Source of the DNA: Candidatus Omnitrophota bacterium
GTDB taxonomy: Bacteria > Omnitrophota > Gorgyraeia > Duberdicusellales > 4484-171
Direction of reading: 5' to 3'
Assembly (NCBI GenBank): GCA_041652815.1
Contig: JBAZGN010000004.1
Span: 143,890 to 207,889, forward strand
DNA length: 64,000 nt
Part shown: positions 19,403-28,771 of the stretch, piece after piece
Layout of the letters: every line of letters begins with the position of its first letter
Position numbering within the stretch: the first letter of the stretch is position 1
The notes under the pieces: model-generated
Database searches by the model: none
Seen by the model: only the letters and a program-made list of their open reading frames with translations
What the model was told of the DNA's origin: nothing
Program-made: the position numbers and the translations under genes

Positions 19403-19960
19403 ATGAAAAAAGTATTTTTCATTCTTTCGGCGATTGTACTCATAAGCTGTGCTAAAGTTAACCTTCAAACTTCCCAGCCGCTAAAAGTAGATATAAACAT
19501 GCGTGTTGACGTGTACCAGCATGTTGCAAAGGACGTTGAGTCAATCCAAGACCAGATTTATGGTTCTACCCCGAAACAAATAAATGCTATTTTGATGATG
19601 AGTGAAGCCTATGCGCAGGAATATTCTTCTGATGTTACTGCAGCTATTGAACGGAGAAAAACCAGAATAGAGGCGATTGAAAAATATTTCAGTAAAGGTT
19701 ATGTCGGCGAGAACAAAGATGCTTATCTTCAGTTTATTGGAAAAGAAAATATACTTACTGACTTAAAAAATACCATAGAAAGCACGATAGCAGAAGAAAA
19801 TGCCGATAGAAGCACGATATATAAGGCAATTGCGCAGAAAAACGGCGTTGACGTTTCAGAAACCTCTAAGGTGTTTTTTGACGACGACTACAAGAGAGCT
19901 CCAAGCGGATATTGGTTCGAAGTTTACGAAGGCGGCCGGTATACCTGGAAGCAGAAATAA
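19403..19960 (+). CDS. hypothetical lipoprotein
   Basis: Lipobox LISCAK. 185 aa. Strong RBS GGAGG at 19391-19395. Confidence 0.45.
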   Translation: MKKVFFILSAIVLISCAKVNLQTSQPLKVDINMRVDVYQHVAKDVESIQDQIYGSTPKQINAILMMSEAYAQEYSSDVTAAIERRKTRIEAIEKYFSKGYVGENKDAYLQFIGKENILTDLKNTIESTIAEENADRSTIYKAIAQKNGVDVSETSKVFFDDDYKRAPSGYWFEVYEGGRYTWKQK

Positions 19961-19964
19961 GTAA

Positions 19965-20348
19965 ATGCGAATACTTGTTTATTTAGTTGTTATTCTGTTG
20001 TGTGGTTGCGCTAAAATAGCGCATTTGAATGAGTTACTTACCCTCAAACGCGTTGGCGATAATCAGAAGCAGATAGAAATTTACCTGGCAAAGCAGGAAC
20101 GCGGTTTTAACAAATTAAGCGATGATATAAAAAACAGCAGGCTTATTAAAGGCCAATTGAAGCGTTCTGTAATTGCTAAATACAGCGAGCCGGTACTGAC
20201 AAAATGCCCAGGGCCTGAAAATGCCGGCATAAAAGAAATATTGCTTTACCGGCATCCTACCAATCGTTTAAAATCAGATAGAATATATCTTTACTTTGAC
20301 AACGCCAGCAGGCTGGTTTACTGGGAATTAAAGCCTGCTGATAATTAA
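19965..20348 (+). CDS. hypothetical small lipoprotein
   Basis: Lipobox LLCGCAK. 127 aa. Confidence 0.4.
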   Translation: MRILVYLVVILLCGCAKIAHLNELLTLKRVGDNQKQIEIYLAKQERGFNKLSDDIKNSRLIKGQLKRSVIAKYSEPVLTKCPGPENAGIKEILLYRHPTNRLKSDRIYLYFDNASRLVYWELKPADN

Positions 20349-20454
20349 TTGCAAAATATACGCTGTATGTTTTTTGATATGTTTTTAAAGATTTTATTGA
20401 TATCTATGTATTATTGTGTTATATTTAATTAAATTTTTGGAAGAAATCTGAATT

Positions 20455-21879
20455 GTGGATAAAATTAATAGCGATACAACACAGATATTAACTTATATCC
20501 AGGAAAAATATTCCAAGATAGGCGCAAAGGTTTTTCATCCGAAAGGCGCTTACGCTAAAAGTTCCGGTCCTGATGAGGATGTGCTTCGGGCATTGAGCCT
20601 TATCAGATTGTCCGGTAATGCTATATTTATTTCGCAGTCCCACGAACAAGGAGAAAGATTAGTTATTCAAGTATTACTTCGTCTTTCCGGGGGTAAACTT
20701 GATATTTATGCTATCCAATTAGATATCGGGGCATTAATTGCTGCAGATAGAGAACAGGCGGGGTTTAATTTTCAAAATATTATCCAGGACATTCAGGCAT
20801 CGGAAGGGAAAGTAACCTTGTTTATTACTGCCCTGGGAAAAGCGTTGGAAGATAAAAGTATTATTTCTGCGCTTTGTGAGTTAGTTGAACAAAAATCTAT
20901 CCCGATTTTAAGCGTTATAAGTATGAAAGATTTTCGTGGCCTTGAAGAAATACCTGAGCTTTCAGGCTTGTTTCGATTTATTCTTATTGAAAAGAGCAAT
21001 TGTGATAAGCGTGATAAATCTGTTCTTATCATCGGTGCAAGTTCTCTGTTTGGAAACGCAGTTTATCGTACTTTTACTCAGGAATATAAAAACGTTAAAG
21101 GAACGGGCTTTAGCAAAGCATCTTCTTTTGGCTTTGACAAATTGGATGTTACCTGCGAAGAAGAAGTAAAGGTATATTTTGCAAAACATCCTCATTTTGA
21201 TATTGTAATCTATATCGCTGGTGAGGCTAATGCGGATATAGCTGAAAAGGAAAAAGATAAAGCGCGTATGCTGAATGTCGATGCTGTTTCGACGATTGCG
21301 CATTATGCGAAGAATTGCAAATTTGTTTATATATCTTCAGAATATGTGTTTGATGGAAGCAACGGGCCTTATGGCTCCGGCTCCAAAGCTAATCCGATAA
21401 ATTATTACGGCTGGACCAAATTAGAGGGAGAGAAAGTTTCCTTAAAAAATTTTCCAGATAGCTTGGTGATACGCCTGGGCGCTCTTTATGGCTATAATGG
21501 CCCTGATGATAAAGAAACTACCGTAAGCAAACTTATTGCAAGCTTGGATAAGACTGAGCCGCTTAAAGCGGATAACGTTCAAATTAAGCACCCGTTATTA
21601 CTGGAAGATGCTGCTAAGACACTGTTAAAGCTCCTTGATTATGGTGCAAGCGGAATATACCAGACAAACGGCCCGGAAGGATTGAACAAACAGGAAATGA
21701 CAGAACGGATTGCGGCAGTAAGAAATAAAATGACCGGCAGCGTTTTTTCTTATCCGATTATCGGCATTGAGCAGGCAGGCTTAGCAGCCAAGCCGTTAAA
21801 TACCCATATGGTGAATGTGGACACTCCAAGGCCATTCGATGAAGGTATTCGTTTCGTGCTTAGCCAAAGGCAAGCGTAA
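20455..21879 (+). CDS. two-domain protein: unknown N-terminal domain (~190 aa) fused to a dTDP-4-dehydrorhamnose-reductase (RmlD)-like NAD(P)-binding domain
   Basis: C-terminal half has Rossmann VLIIGASSLFGNAV and the RmlD-type substrate-binding block YISSEYVFDG...NYYGWTKLEGE (YxxxK). Probable TTG/GTG start. Confidence 0.6.
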   Translation: MDKINSDTTQILTYIQEKYSKIGAKVFHPKGAYAKSSGPDEDVLRALSLIRLSGNAIFISQSHEQGERLVIQVLLRLSGGKLDIYAIQLDIGALIAADREQAGFNFQNIIQDIQASEGKVTLFITALGKALEDKSIISALCELVEQKSIPILSVISMKDFRGLEEIPELSGLFRFILIEKSNCDKRDKSVLIIGASSLFGNAVYRTFTQEYKNVKGTGFSKASSFGFDKLDVTCEEEVKVYFAKHPHFDIVIYIAGEANADIAEKEKDKARMLNVDAVSTIAHYAKNCKFVYISSEYVFDGSNGPYGSGSKANPINYYGWTKLEGEKVSLKNFPDSLVIRLGALYGYNGPDDKETTVSKLIASLDKTEPLKADNVQIKHPLLLEDAAKTLLKLLDYGASGIYQTNGPEGLNKQEMTERIAAVRNKMTGSVFSYPIIGIEQAGLAAKPLNTHMVNVDTPRPFDEGIRFVLSQRQA

Positions 21880-21884
21880 AAAAT

Positions 21885-23012
21885 ATGAACATTAACAAAA
21901 ACAACTCCGTTAACGCAAGCCTTGCGCAGGCGCCTACTCTAAGCATTGAAGAAATTGATTTTCTCACAAAGCAGCCGATTAAATTTATTGAAGGTAATTT
22001 TGCTGATTACATGTGGGGTGGATATCATCTTTACGATATGAAGGGGTTGCCTTACGACGAAAATAGCCGCATTGCAGCTGAGTCCTGGGAGATTTCCGGC
22101 CACAAAAAATATCCTTCGCGCGTTATGATGCCAAATGGCAGTATTTTTACTTTTATGGATTTGCTTAAAAACAGGCATTTGGCTGGTTTAATTCTGGGCG
22201 AAGCTGTCATCGAGCACTTTGGCCAGGATTTTCCTATCCTGGTTAAATTTGTTGATGTGCATAAACATATGTCAGCACATCTTCATCCATCAGCTGCATC
22301 AGCTAAGGCTTTAGGGGAAGATGACCCGGGCAAAGAAGAAGTTTTCATAGTTTTGGATTTACATGAAGACGCAGAAAGCGCATTATACCTGGGATTAAAA
22401 GACGGGGTAACACGCAAGGCGTTTGAGGAAGCAATTGACAAGGAAGAAAATATACTTGATTTATCGCATAAGATTTATGTTAGACCCGGTGAAATTTACC
22501 GCATACCATCTGGCGTTCTTCACTGCTGGACAGGTGGTTCAATAGCAGTAGAGATTACCGAGTCCAGTGATTTGACTTATCGCATGTATGATTTTCGAAG
22601 GCACCGGCCTACTCACATTAAGAAAGGCTTGGCATCTATTGATTATAACCGCGGGCAAGGTGTCCGATTGGAAAAGGAGTGCCGGGGCTTGTGGCAGCCA
22701 ACAGAAGCGCGCGGGCTTGATATTGTTAAGACGCATAACGCTTTAAGAGTTGAGCGGTTAAGCGCTGATTCAGCGGCAAGTGAGCCGGTTAAAATTGATA
22801 GCCGTGGTACCTTTGAAGTATTAATGGGGATTGAAGGCTTGCTTGAAATTGTATCTTTAAGCAATGATTGGGTTGTTAATTTAAGTAAAGGAAGGTCAAT
22901 TCTTATTCCCTCTAAAGCCGGCAGCTACAGAATTCGCGGGCTAGATCGTGAAAATAGCAATTGCGCGCTGCGTATCAGCATGAAAATTCCAGGCGGAAAC
23001 GGTGAAAGTTAA
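21885..23012 (+). CDS. type I phosphomannose-isomerase-like cupin
   Basis: Colinear with ManA blocks: NYAWGS vs ADYMWGG; ELWMGAHP..SRV vs ESWEISGHK..SRV; LLGEAV..FG.LPFLFKVL...SIQVHP vs ILGEAV..FGQDFPILVKFV...SAHLHP. Confidence 0.6.
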   Translation: MNINKNNSVNASLAQAPTLSIEEIDFLTKQPIKFIEGNFADYMWGGYHLYDMKGLPYDENSRIAAESWEISGHKKYPSRVMMPNGSIFTFMDLLKNRHLAGLILGEAVIEHFGQDFPILVKFVDVHKHMSAHLHPSAASAKALGEDDPGKEEVFIVLDLHEDAESALYLGLKDGVTRKAFEEAIDKEENILDLSHKIYVRPGEIYRIPSGVLHCWTGGSIAVEITESSDLTYRMYDFRRHRPTHIKKGLASIDYNRGQGVRLEKECRGLWQPTEARGLDIVKTHNALRVERLSADSAASEPVKIDSRGTFEVLMGIEGLLEIVSLSNDWVVNLSKGRSILIPSKAGSYRIRGLDRENSNCALRISMKIPGGNGES

Positions 23013-23094
23013 AGCTTTGCCTGGAGCCCCGCGAAGGGCGCGCTCCGCTTCGTATTTGCTACGGCCATGGCGGTAGCATTTAGCAAAGGGAACA

Positions 23095-23838
23095 ATGATA
23101 AATAGAATTTGCCCAGAAGAGAGCGAGGACAGTTCAGAAACTGGCACAGTTTACCCCGTCCAAAAAAACCACGAAAATAATCGTAAGCTAACATTATCAA
23201 AATGTGCTGTTTTCTTTGATTTTGATAATACGATTACCCCGCTTGATGTTATAGATGATATAGTAGAGCGTTTTTCTATAAATGAAAAATGGCGTAAAAT
23301 TGAGGAAGATTGGAAACGTGGGAAAATCGGCTCTAAGGAATGCCTTAAGGGCCAGTTTGCCCAAGTAAGAATTAAAAAAGACGCCTTCATCCGTTACCTT
23401 TCGACAATAAAAATCGATAAATATTTCCCTAAAATACTCGCGCTCCTTAAACGCCGCAAAGCTTCGGTTTATATAGTCAGCGACAGTTCTTCTTTTATTA
23501 TTAATAATATTTTAAAGAACAACAACATAAGAGGAATAAAGATATATTCAAACCGATTAAAACTCAATAACGATAAATTGGTTCTCGAATTTCCGCATTT
23601 CAACAAGCGTTGCCCGAAATGCGCAAATTGCAAGAAAAGCCACTTGCGCAAAGCCGATATTAAAGATAAAATTACTATCTATATCGGAGACGGCCTTTCG
23701 GATATTTGTGCCGCAGGCTATGCGGATATTGTATTTGCCAAAGCAAGTTTGCTTAAGCACTTTAAGAAACAAAATAAAAAATGTATCGAATTCGATACTT
23801 TAGCGGTTGTGTATAATTATCTAAAGGAGATTGCGTAA
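23095..23838 (+). CDS. HAD-superfamily phosphatase (subfamily IB, MtnX/phosphoserine-phosphatase-like)
   Basis: Motif I FFDFDNTIT (DxDxT). Motif IV YIGDGLSD. 247 aa. Confidence 0.65.
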   Translation: MINRICPEESEDSSETGTVYPVQKNHENNRKLTLSKCAVFFDFDNTITPLDVIDDIVERFSINEKWRKIEEDWKRGKIGSKECLKGQFAQVRIKKDAFIRYLSTIKIDKYFPKILALLKRRKASVYIVSDSSSFIINNILKNNNIRGIKIYSNRLKLNNDKLVLEFPHFNKRCPKCANCKKSHLRKADIKDKITIYIGDGLSDICAAGYADIVFAKASLLKHFKKQNKKCIEFDTLAVVYNYLKEIA

Positions 23839-25232
23839 TGACTAAGAAAAAGAAAGTTTCATCAAACTCGCAAAGCGAACTTTTGAAATTAGAAGAAAAA
23901 TATTGTTCATGGGGCGATACTGTCCATTATTCTAAACAGCCAAAAATATTCGAACGCGCCCGGGGCCCGTATTTATACGATGATAAAAATGTAGAATACC
24001 TTGATTTACAAATGTGGTATTCTGCCGCAAATTTTGGTTACGGCAATGAACGCTTAAACTCGGTTCTAAAAAAGCAAATCGATAAACTTCCTCAGCTTGC
24101 TTGCCAGTATCTGCACAAAGAAAAAATCGAGCTTGCTACCAAATTATGCCAGCTTAATGAAAAAAAATTTGATGCCAAGGGAAGAGTGCATTTTAGCGTA
24201 GGCGGTGCATCGGCCATTGAGGATTCGATGAAATTGATACGAAATACAACAGGGAAAAATTTAGTATTTGCATTTTTTGGCAGTTATCACGGAAGGACTC
24301 TTGAGGCAAGTTCTATCACCTCAAGTTACCGGTACCGGCGCCACTTTGGGCATTTCGCAAACCGCGCGCATTTTGTGCCATACCCGTATTGCTTTCGGTG
24401 TTTTTATGGAAAAGGTAAAGATACCTGCGGTTTATATTGCGTTAGGCAATTCGAAAAACTTTTTGAGTCGGAGTATTATTCTATTTATGATTCAAAAGGA
24501 GACGAATGTGAATTTACAGCATTTTACATAGAAGCTATTCAGGGAACAGGGGGTTATATCATCCCGCCAAAGGATTATTTTAAGGAGCTTAAGAAAATTC
24601 TGGACAGGTATAAAATATTATTGGTTGATGATGAAATACAAATGGGTTTTTACCGGACAGGTAAATTCTGGGCAGTAGAAAATTTCGGCATTACCCCGGA
24701 TATTATGGCATTCGGCAAAGCCTTAACTAACGGGCTTAACCCTTTAGGCGGAATATGGGCTAAGGAAAAGTTAATATCGCCTGGTGTTTTTCCTCCTGGT
24801 TCAACTCATTCAACATTTTCTTCCAATACTCTCGGTACCGCTGTTGGGCTTGAAACATTAAAGATTATCGAAGATTCTGATTTCGCAACAAGTATTAATC
24901 AGAAAGGAAATTATTTCGTAAAACAGTTTAAAGCTTTGCAAAAAAAATATCCTAACATCGGCGACGTAGATGGCATAGGCTTGGCGTTGCGGGTTGAAAT
25001 ATGCGAGGCAGACGGATTCACCCCAAGCCGCGCCCTTACTGATAAAATCTGTGAAAACGGTTTAAGCGGAAAATTATCAGCTCAAGGCAAACGCCGCGGC
25101 CTGATACTTGATGTCGGAGGGTATTATAAGAATGTATTTACTCTTGCGCCGTCATTTTATATGTCCAATCGTGAAATTGACCTAGCACTTGAGCTCTTCG
25201 AAGAAGCACTCATAAAAGCACTTAAGGCATAA
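23838..25232 (+). CDS. class III (omega) PLP-dependent aminotransferase
   Basis: GGASAIEDSMKL glycine-rich block. LLVDDEIQMGFYRTG. Schiff-base Lys in MAFGKAL. 464 aa. Start overlaps the upstream stop. Confidence 0.8.
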   Translation: MTKKKKVSSNSQSELLKLEEKYCSWGDTVHYSKQPKIFERARGPYLYDDKNVEYLDLQMWYSAANFGYGNERLNSVLKKQIDKLPQLACQYLHKEKIELATKLCQLNEKKFDAKGRVHFSVGGASAIEDSMKLIRNTTGKNLVFAFFGSYHGRTLEASSITSSYRYRRHFGHFANRAHFVPYPYCFRCFYGKGKDTCGLYCVRQFEKLFESEYYSIYDSKGDECEFTAFYIEAIQGTGGYIIPPKDYFKELKKILDRYKILLVDDEIQMGFYRTGKFWAVENFGITPDIMAFGKALTNGLNPLGGIWAKEKLISPGVFPPGSTHSTFSSNTLGTAVGLETLKIIEDSDFATSINQKGNYFVKQFKALQKKYPNIGDVDGIGLALRVEICEADGFTPSRALTDKICENGLSGKLSAQGKRRGLILDVGGYYKNVFTLAPSFYMSNREIDLALELFEEALIKALKA

Positions 25233-25388
25233 CCCGTTTATTTTAAAAAAGTCTTAAAAAGCCTTTTTTTTAATGTAGATATTCGTGGATGTAATGCAGA
25301 TAGCCGCAACCGATAGACGTATTGCAAAATAATCATCTGCGTAAATCTGTGCTAAAAATACTTTTCAAAGACCAGTAAAAGCATAACC

Positions 25389-26354
25389 ATGAAGTGTTCT
25401 GTGCCTGAAACCGGCCTTTGCGCAAATTCAATACGTATACTGGATTTTGACGGAAGTGTTTTAGCCCAAACTAACCTTCTTGATAGATATGCAAACCCCC
25501 CATATTCTGTTCAAGTAATTGATTTAAGAGATATTTCACCTTCCTGCCGGTATCTGGCGACTAAAAAAACTTTAGCCAGAATACGGGAACGGCTCGAAAA
25601 TTCTTCGCATAATTCAATAACGCTTTACGGATCAGGCGATTTTCATCATATTTCAAGCGTGCTATTGTCTTTTTTCAAAAAACCGCTGGGAGTAATTGTA
25701 TTTGACCATCATCCTGACTGGGATGGGTTTTCTCCTTGTGTAAGTTGTGGCTCATGGATTGCAGAGGTAAGTAAAATGGAAAATATCGAAAAAATAATTT
25801 TACTCGGGCCTTCCTCAGATGATTTATCGGCCCGTGGTTTGGTTACTGCATATCTTAAAAGCGTAAAAAGCGGGAAACTGGAAATTTTCCCTTATGAAAA
25901 AGATTCTTCGCAGGTATATTTTCGTTATTTCAAAGATACTAACTGCTTTACGGTTAAACGGGGTATTTTTGGTTCAACCCTGTGTTGGGCTAGCCTTAAA
26001 GAAAAAAGCGTTAGCTTTATAAAAGAATTACTAAAAAATATGCCGGTAAACGACGTATATATAAGCATTGATAAAGATTGTTTATCAAGCGCTTACGCAT
26101 TAACAAATTGGGAGCAAGGCTCTGTGCCCATTGATTGGCTGCTCAATGCGCTTTCAATAATAAAAGAAGAGAAGAATGTGGTTGGTATGGATATTACCGG
26201 AGAGTATTCGCCAATTATGATTAAAAATCCCTTAAAAAGATTTCTCTCATCGCTAGACCATCCGAAACAAACCGCAGAGGAGATTGAACCGTCCAAAATC
26301 GTTTCCGTAAACGAAACTACTAATTTAAAAATTCTTGATTTGTTTCTCAAATAG
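25389..26354 (+). CDS. arginase/agmatinase-fold (ureohydrolase superfamily) protein, divergent
   Basis: Metal-binding-like blocks GSGDFHHIS (cf. GGDHS), VFDHHPDWD (cf. DAHxD) and ISIDKDCL (cf. SxDxDxxDP). Assignment by motif only. Confidence 0.45.
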   Translation: MKCSVPETGLCANSIRILDFDGSVLAQTNLLDRYANPPYSVQVIDLRDISPSCRYLATKKTLARIRERLENSSHNSITLYGSGDFHHISSVLLSFFKKPLGVIVFDHHPDWDGFSPCVSCGSWIAEVSKMENIEKIILLGPSSDDLSARGLVTAYLKSVKSGKLEIFPYEKDSSQVYFRYFKDTNCFTVKRGIFGSTLCWASLKEKSVSFIKELLKNMPVNDVYISIDKDCLSSAYALTNWEQGSVPIDWLLNALSIIKEEKNVVGMDITGEYSPIMIKNPLKRFLSSLDHPKQTAEEIEPSKIVSVNETTNLKILDLFLK

Positions 26355-26367
26355 CAGTAAAGTCTAT

Positions 26368-26503
26368 AGGTTGCGTTATACGGTTGCGGTTACGCTGCTC
26401 GTTTCGCCATTCGTCTATCGGTTGCGTAATAAAAAGCATAAAAACGAACAACGCTTAACGCAACCGATATGAGCTGCGCAACCGCAACCGTTTGACACAA
26501 CCT
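26368..26503. repeat. empty MITE-like hairpin of TIR family 1 (GGTTGCGTTATACGGTTGCGGTTACGCTGCTC ... GAGCTGCGCAACCGCAACCGTTTGACACAACC)
   Basis: ~32 bp terminal inverted repeats plus internal inverted symmetry make a 136 bp near-perfect long hairpin. The same arms flank the four-helix-bundle gene at 52115-52657. Confidence 0.7.
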
Positions 26504-26531
26504 TACCTTCTAGAATACTTAAAACCAGACG

Positions 26532-27740
26532 TTACTTCCTCAAATTTTTATATTTCTCAAGGTTCCTCAAGGCAGGATCAAATTTCTGAGGTTCTATTAG
26601 TTTGATGATAGGTTTCATTAAAAGATTAAGCACGGGGTTAAAGCTTTTGACATATATCGACAGAGGAATTAGGGCAGCGCCTAGGCGTATTTTAGCATCG
26701 TAGTCACCTTGCCCGAGTTGGTAAAAACGAATATCATTTTTAATGCACCAGCCGATGTTGTGGGCAAAAGTAGTATAGTAAAGATTATATTTGAGGGCGA
26801 TTGAGTAATCAAAGCCGATAAATTTATCTATACAGGTATCTCCTTTTATAAAACATAAATTAAAAGCAACAATTTTACCATCATTTCGGGTAATGAAATA
26901 CTTTGCGATGGATGGCATATTGCGGCAGATATTCAGAAAAAAATCCGGTGTCAGTATTTCAAAGCGTATGTCAGAGTCGTTAAAATTATTCATGTATAAT
27001 TGATAAACTTCATCAATTATATTATCAATATTATCGGTTACTTCCGTTTCCAGTTTTGTCAGCTCGGCAGATTTACGAAGTTTTCTCCTTACGTCTTTTC
27101 TGGTGCTTGGGCCCAAATTATTTATGTAGCCTTCAAGGCTCTTTTCTTTTATTTCAAGGCGCGTTGTCGGAAGGTCTTCCATCATCGTAAATCCGTTGCT
27201 GTGCAGATATTCACGAAGTTCATTATGCTTATTGGTTAAGTTGTAAATTATTACCGTCTTTATCCTTTTCGCGCGGCTCACCTCATAAAGCTTACTTAAT
27301 GCTTTTGAAAAAATATCTGTTTTGTTTTCTTCATTCGATATCCCGATATAAAGTTCTTCCGCGGTCGGGCTCCCAATAAAGGCCAGGCGTACCATCAAAA
27401 ACCGCTTGAAGAATTTGCGGATGAAAAAAATTACCCGCTGAAGCGGCCCGCGGATGAGCGTTGTTAGCGAGAAATCCATGGTAAAGAAGGGGATTATTGC
27501 AACTAGGGCATTGTTTCGTTTTGCCGTAAGGTAAAATATTGAAAATTCTTTGAGGCGGGATTCTTCGAGCGTTTTGTGGTAGCCATAATTTTCGATTGTG
27601 TCTTTAGGAGAAAGCCTTTCCCAGTCTTTTTGAGGTATCGTGTTTATCGTATCAACTATTGCGAAGGTAAGCGGTGAATTGGTTTCTTGCATAAACGTTA
27701 GTATATCAAATCGATTATTAATTACAATATAATCTATCAA
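26532..27740 (-). CDS. FemAB/BioF2-like GNAT-fold acyltransferase (Acetyltransf_6-type)
   Basis: 402 aa. Overall similarity pattern to the FemAB / CelD-like acyltransferase family. No precise motif. Confidence 0.45.
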   Translation of the reverse strand: MIDYIVINNRFDILTFMQETNSPLTFAIVDTINTIPQKDWERLSPKDTIENYGYHKTLEESRLKEFSIFYLTAKRNNALVAIIPFFTMDFSLTTLIRGPLQRVIFFIRKFFKRFLMVRLAFIGSPTAEELYIGISNEENKTDIFSKALSKLYEVSRAKRIKTVIIYNLTNKHNELREYLHSNGFTMMEDLPTTRLEIKEKSLEGYINNLGPSTRKDVRRKLRKSAELTKLETEVTDNIDNIIDEVYQLYMNNFNDSDIRFEILTPDFFLNICRNMPSIAKYFITRNDGKIVAFNLCFIKGDTCIDKFIGFDYSIALKYNLYYTTFAHNIGWCIKNDIRFYQLGQGDYDAKIRLGAALIPLSIYVKSFNPVLNLLMKPIIKLIEPQKFDPALRNLEKYKNLRK

Positions 27741-27769
27741 AGCTTTTAGTCATTGGCTTTGGCTAAAAG

Positions 27770-27890
27770 GAAAAGCCAAACCACGGCCCTCTGGCCAGCA
27801 GTCGTCAGCCTACAGTTCCCCTAAGGGGCGCCCTTGAAGGGCGGCTGATACCTGATATCTGAAAGCTGAAAGCTTTTAATAAGGGCTTTA
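27770..27890. repeat. repeat family 3 copy upstream of the esterase gene
   Basis: Contains GTCGTCAGCC, CCCCTAAGGGG and CTGAAAGCTGAAAGCTTTTAATAAGGG, shared with 8865-8965. Confidence 0.55.
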
Positions 27891-27926
27891 TGGAAAGAAA
27901 ATATATGATATAATACAAAAATTCAT

Positions 27927-28757
27927 ATGGAACCTGCTAATGGAAAATATAAAATATTTCTCAAGGGTGGAAAAAACGCAATTCTGCTTATCCACGGCAT
28001 TACCGGTACGCCTTCTGAAATGCGTTACCTGGCAAAATACTTTAATCGAGCCGGATACACTGTCCTTTGTAATACCCTTCCACATCACTGCTCAACATTA
28101 GAGGAGCTTAAACGTGCTACCTGGCAGGAAATCGTCGCCTTATGCATTGAAGATTTTAAATTGCTTAAAAACGAGCACGAAAAAGTCTTTGTTGCAGGTT
28201 TATCTATGGGCGCATTGGTTTCCATACATCTCGCATCAAAATTTCCTGGCGATGTCGCCGGCATTATTGCCTTTGCTCCCACGCTATTTTATGATGGCTG
28301 GGCAGTGCATAAAGGCCAAGTTTTGCTTCCGCTTGCCTGGCACATACCTTATTTTCGTAACAGAATCGATATAAGGGAAAACCCACCTTACGGCCTTAGA
28401 GATGAAAGTTTACGTAATACAATTCACGCTTTCTACAGCAACGCAGGGAAAAGTAATCCGAATGAAAAAGTCGTTTTATTCGGAAGCCCTTTTTTCCCGT
28501 TGGCAAGCCTTTATCAGCACCATAAATTTTCAAAAGTCGTAAAAAAAGAATTACCTAAAGTGAAAACACCTATCCTTATAATGCATGCCAAAGAAGACGA
28601 TATGACAAGCCTTAAGAATGCTAAGTACATATTTAAAAATATCGGTTCACCGGATAAGTTGCTTATTGTCCTTGAAGATTCCTATCACATGATTGTAATT
28701 GACAAGGAAAAAGAGCGTGTCGCCAGTGAGACGATAAAATTCATGTCCAGGCTATAA
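27927..28757 (+). CDS. alpha/beta-hydrolase carboxylesterase / monoacylglycerol-lipase-like
   Basis: HGITGTPSEM oxyanion region. Nucleophile elbow GLSMGALVS. Asp (HAKEDDM) and His (DSYHMIV). Confidence 0.75.
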   Translation: MEPANGKYKIFLKGGKNAILLIHGITGTPSEMRYLAKYFNRAGYTVLCNTLPHHCSTLEELKRATWQEIVALCIEDFKLLKNEHEKVFVAGLSMGALVSIHLASKFPGDVAGIIAFAPTLFYDGWAVHKGQVLLPLAWHIPYFRNRIDIRENPPYGLRDESLRNTIHAFYSNAGKSNPNEKVVLFGSPFFPLASLYQHHKFSKVVKKELPKVKTPILIMHAKEDDMTSLKNAKYIFKNIGSPDKLLIVLEDSYHMIVIDKEKERVASETIKFMSRL

Positions 28758-28771
28758 AAATATTTATTCAA

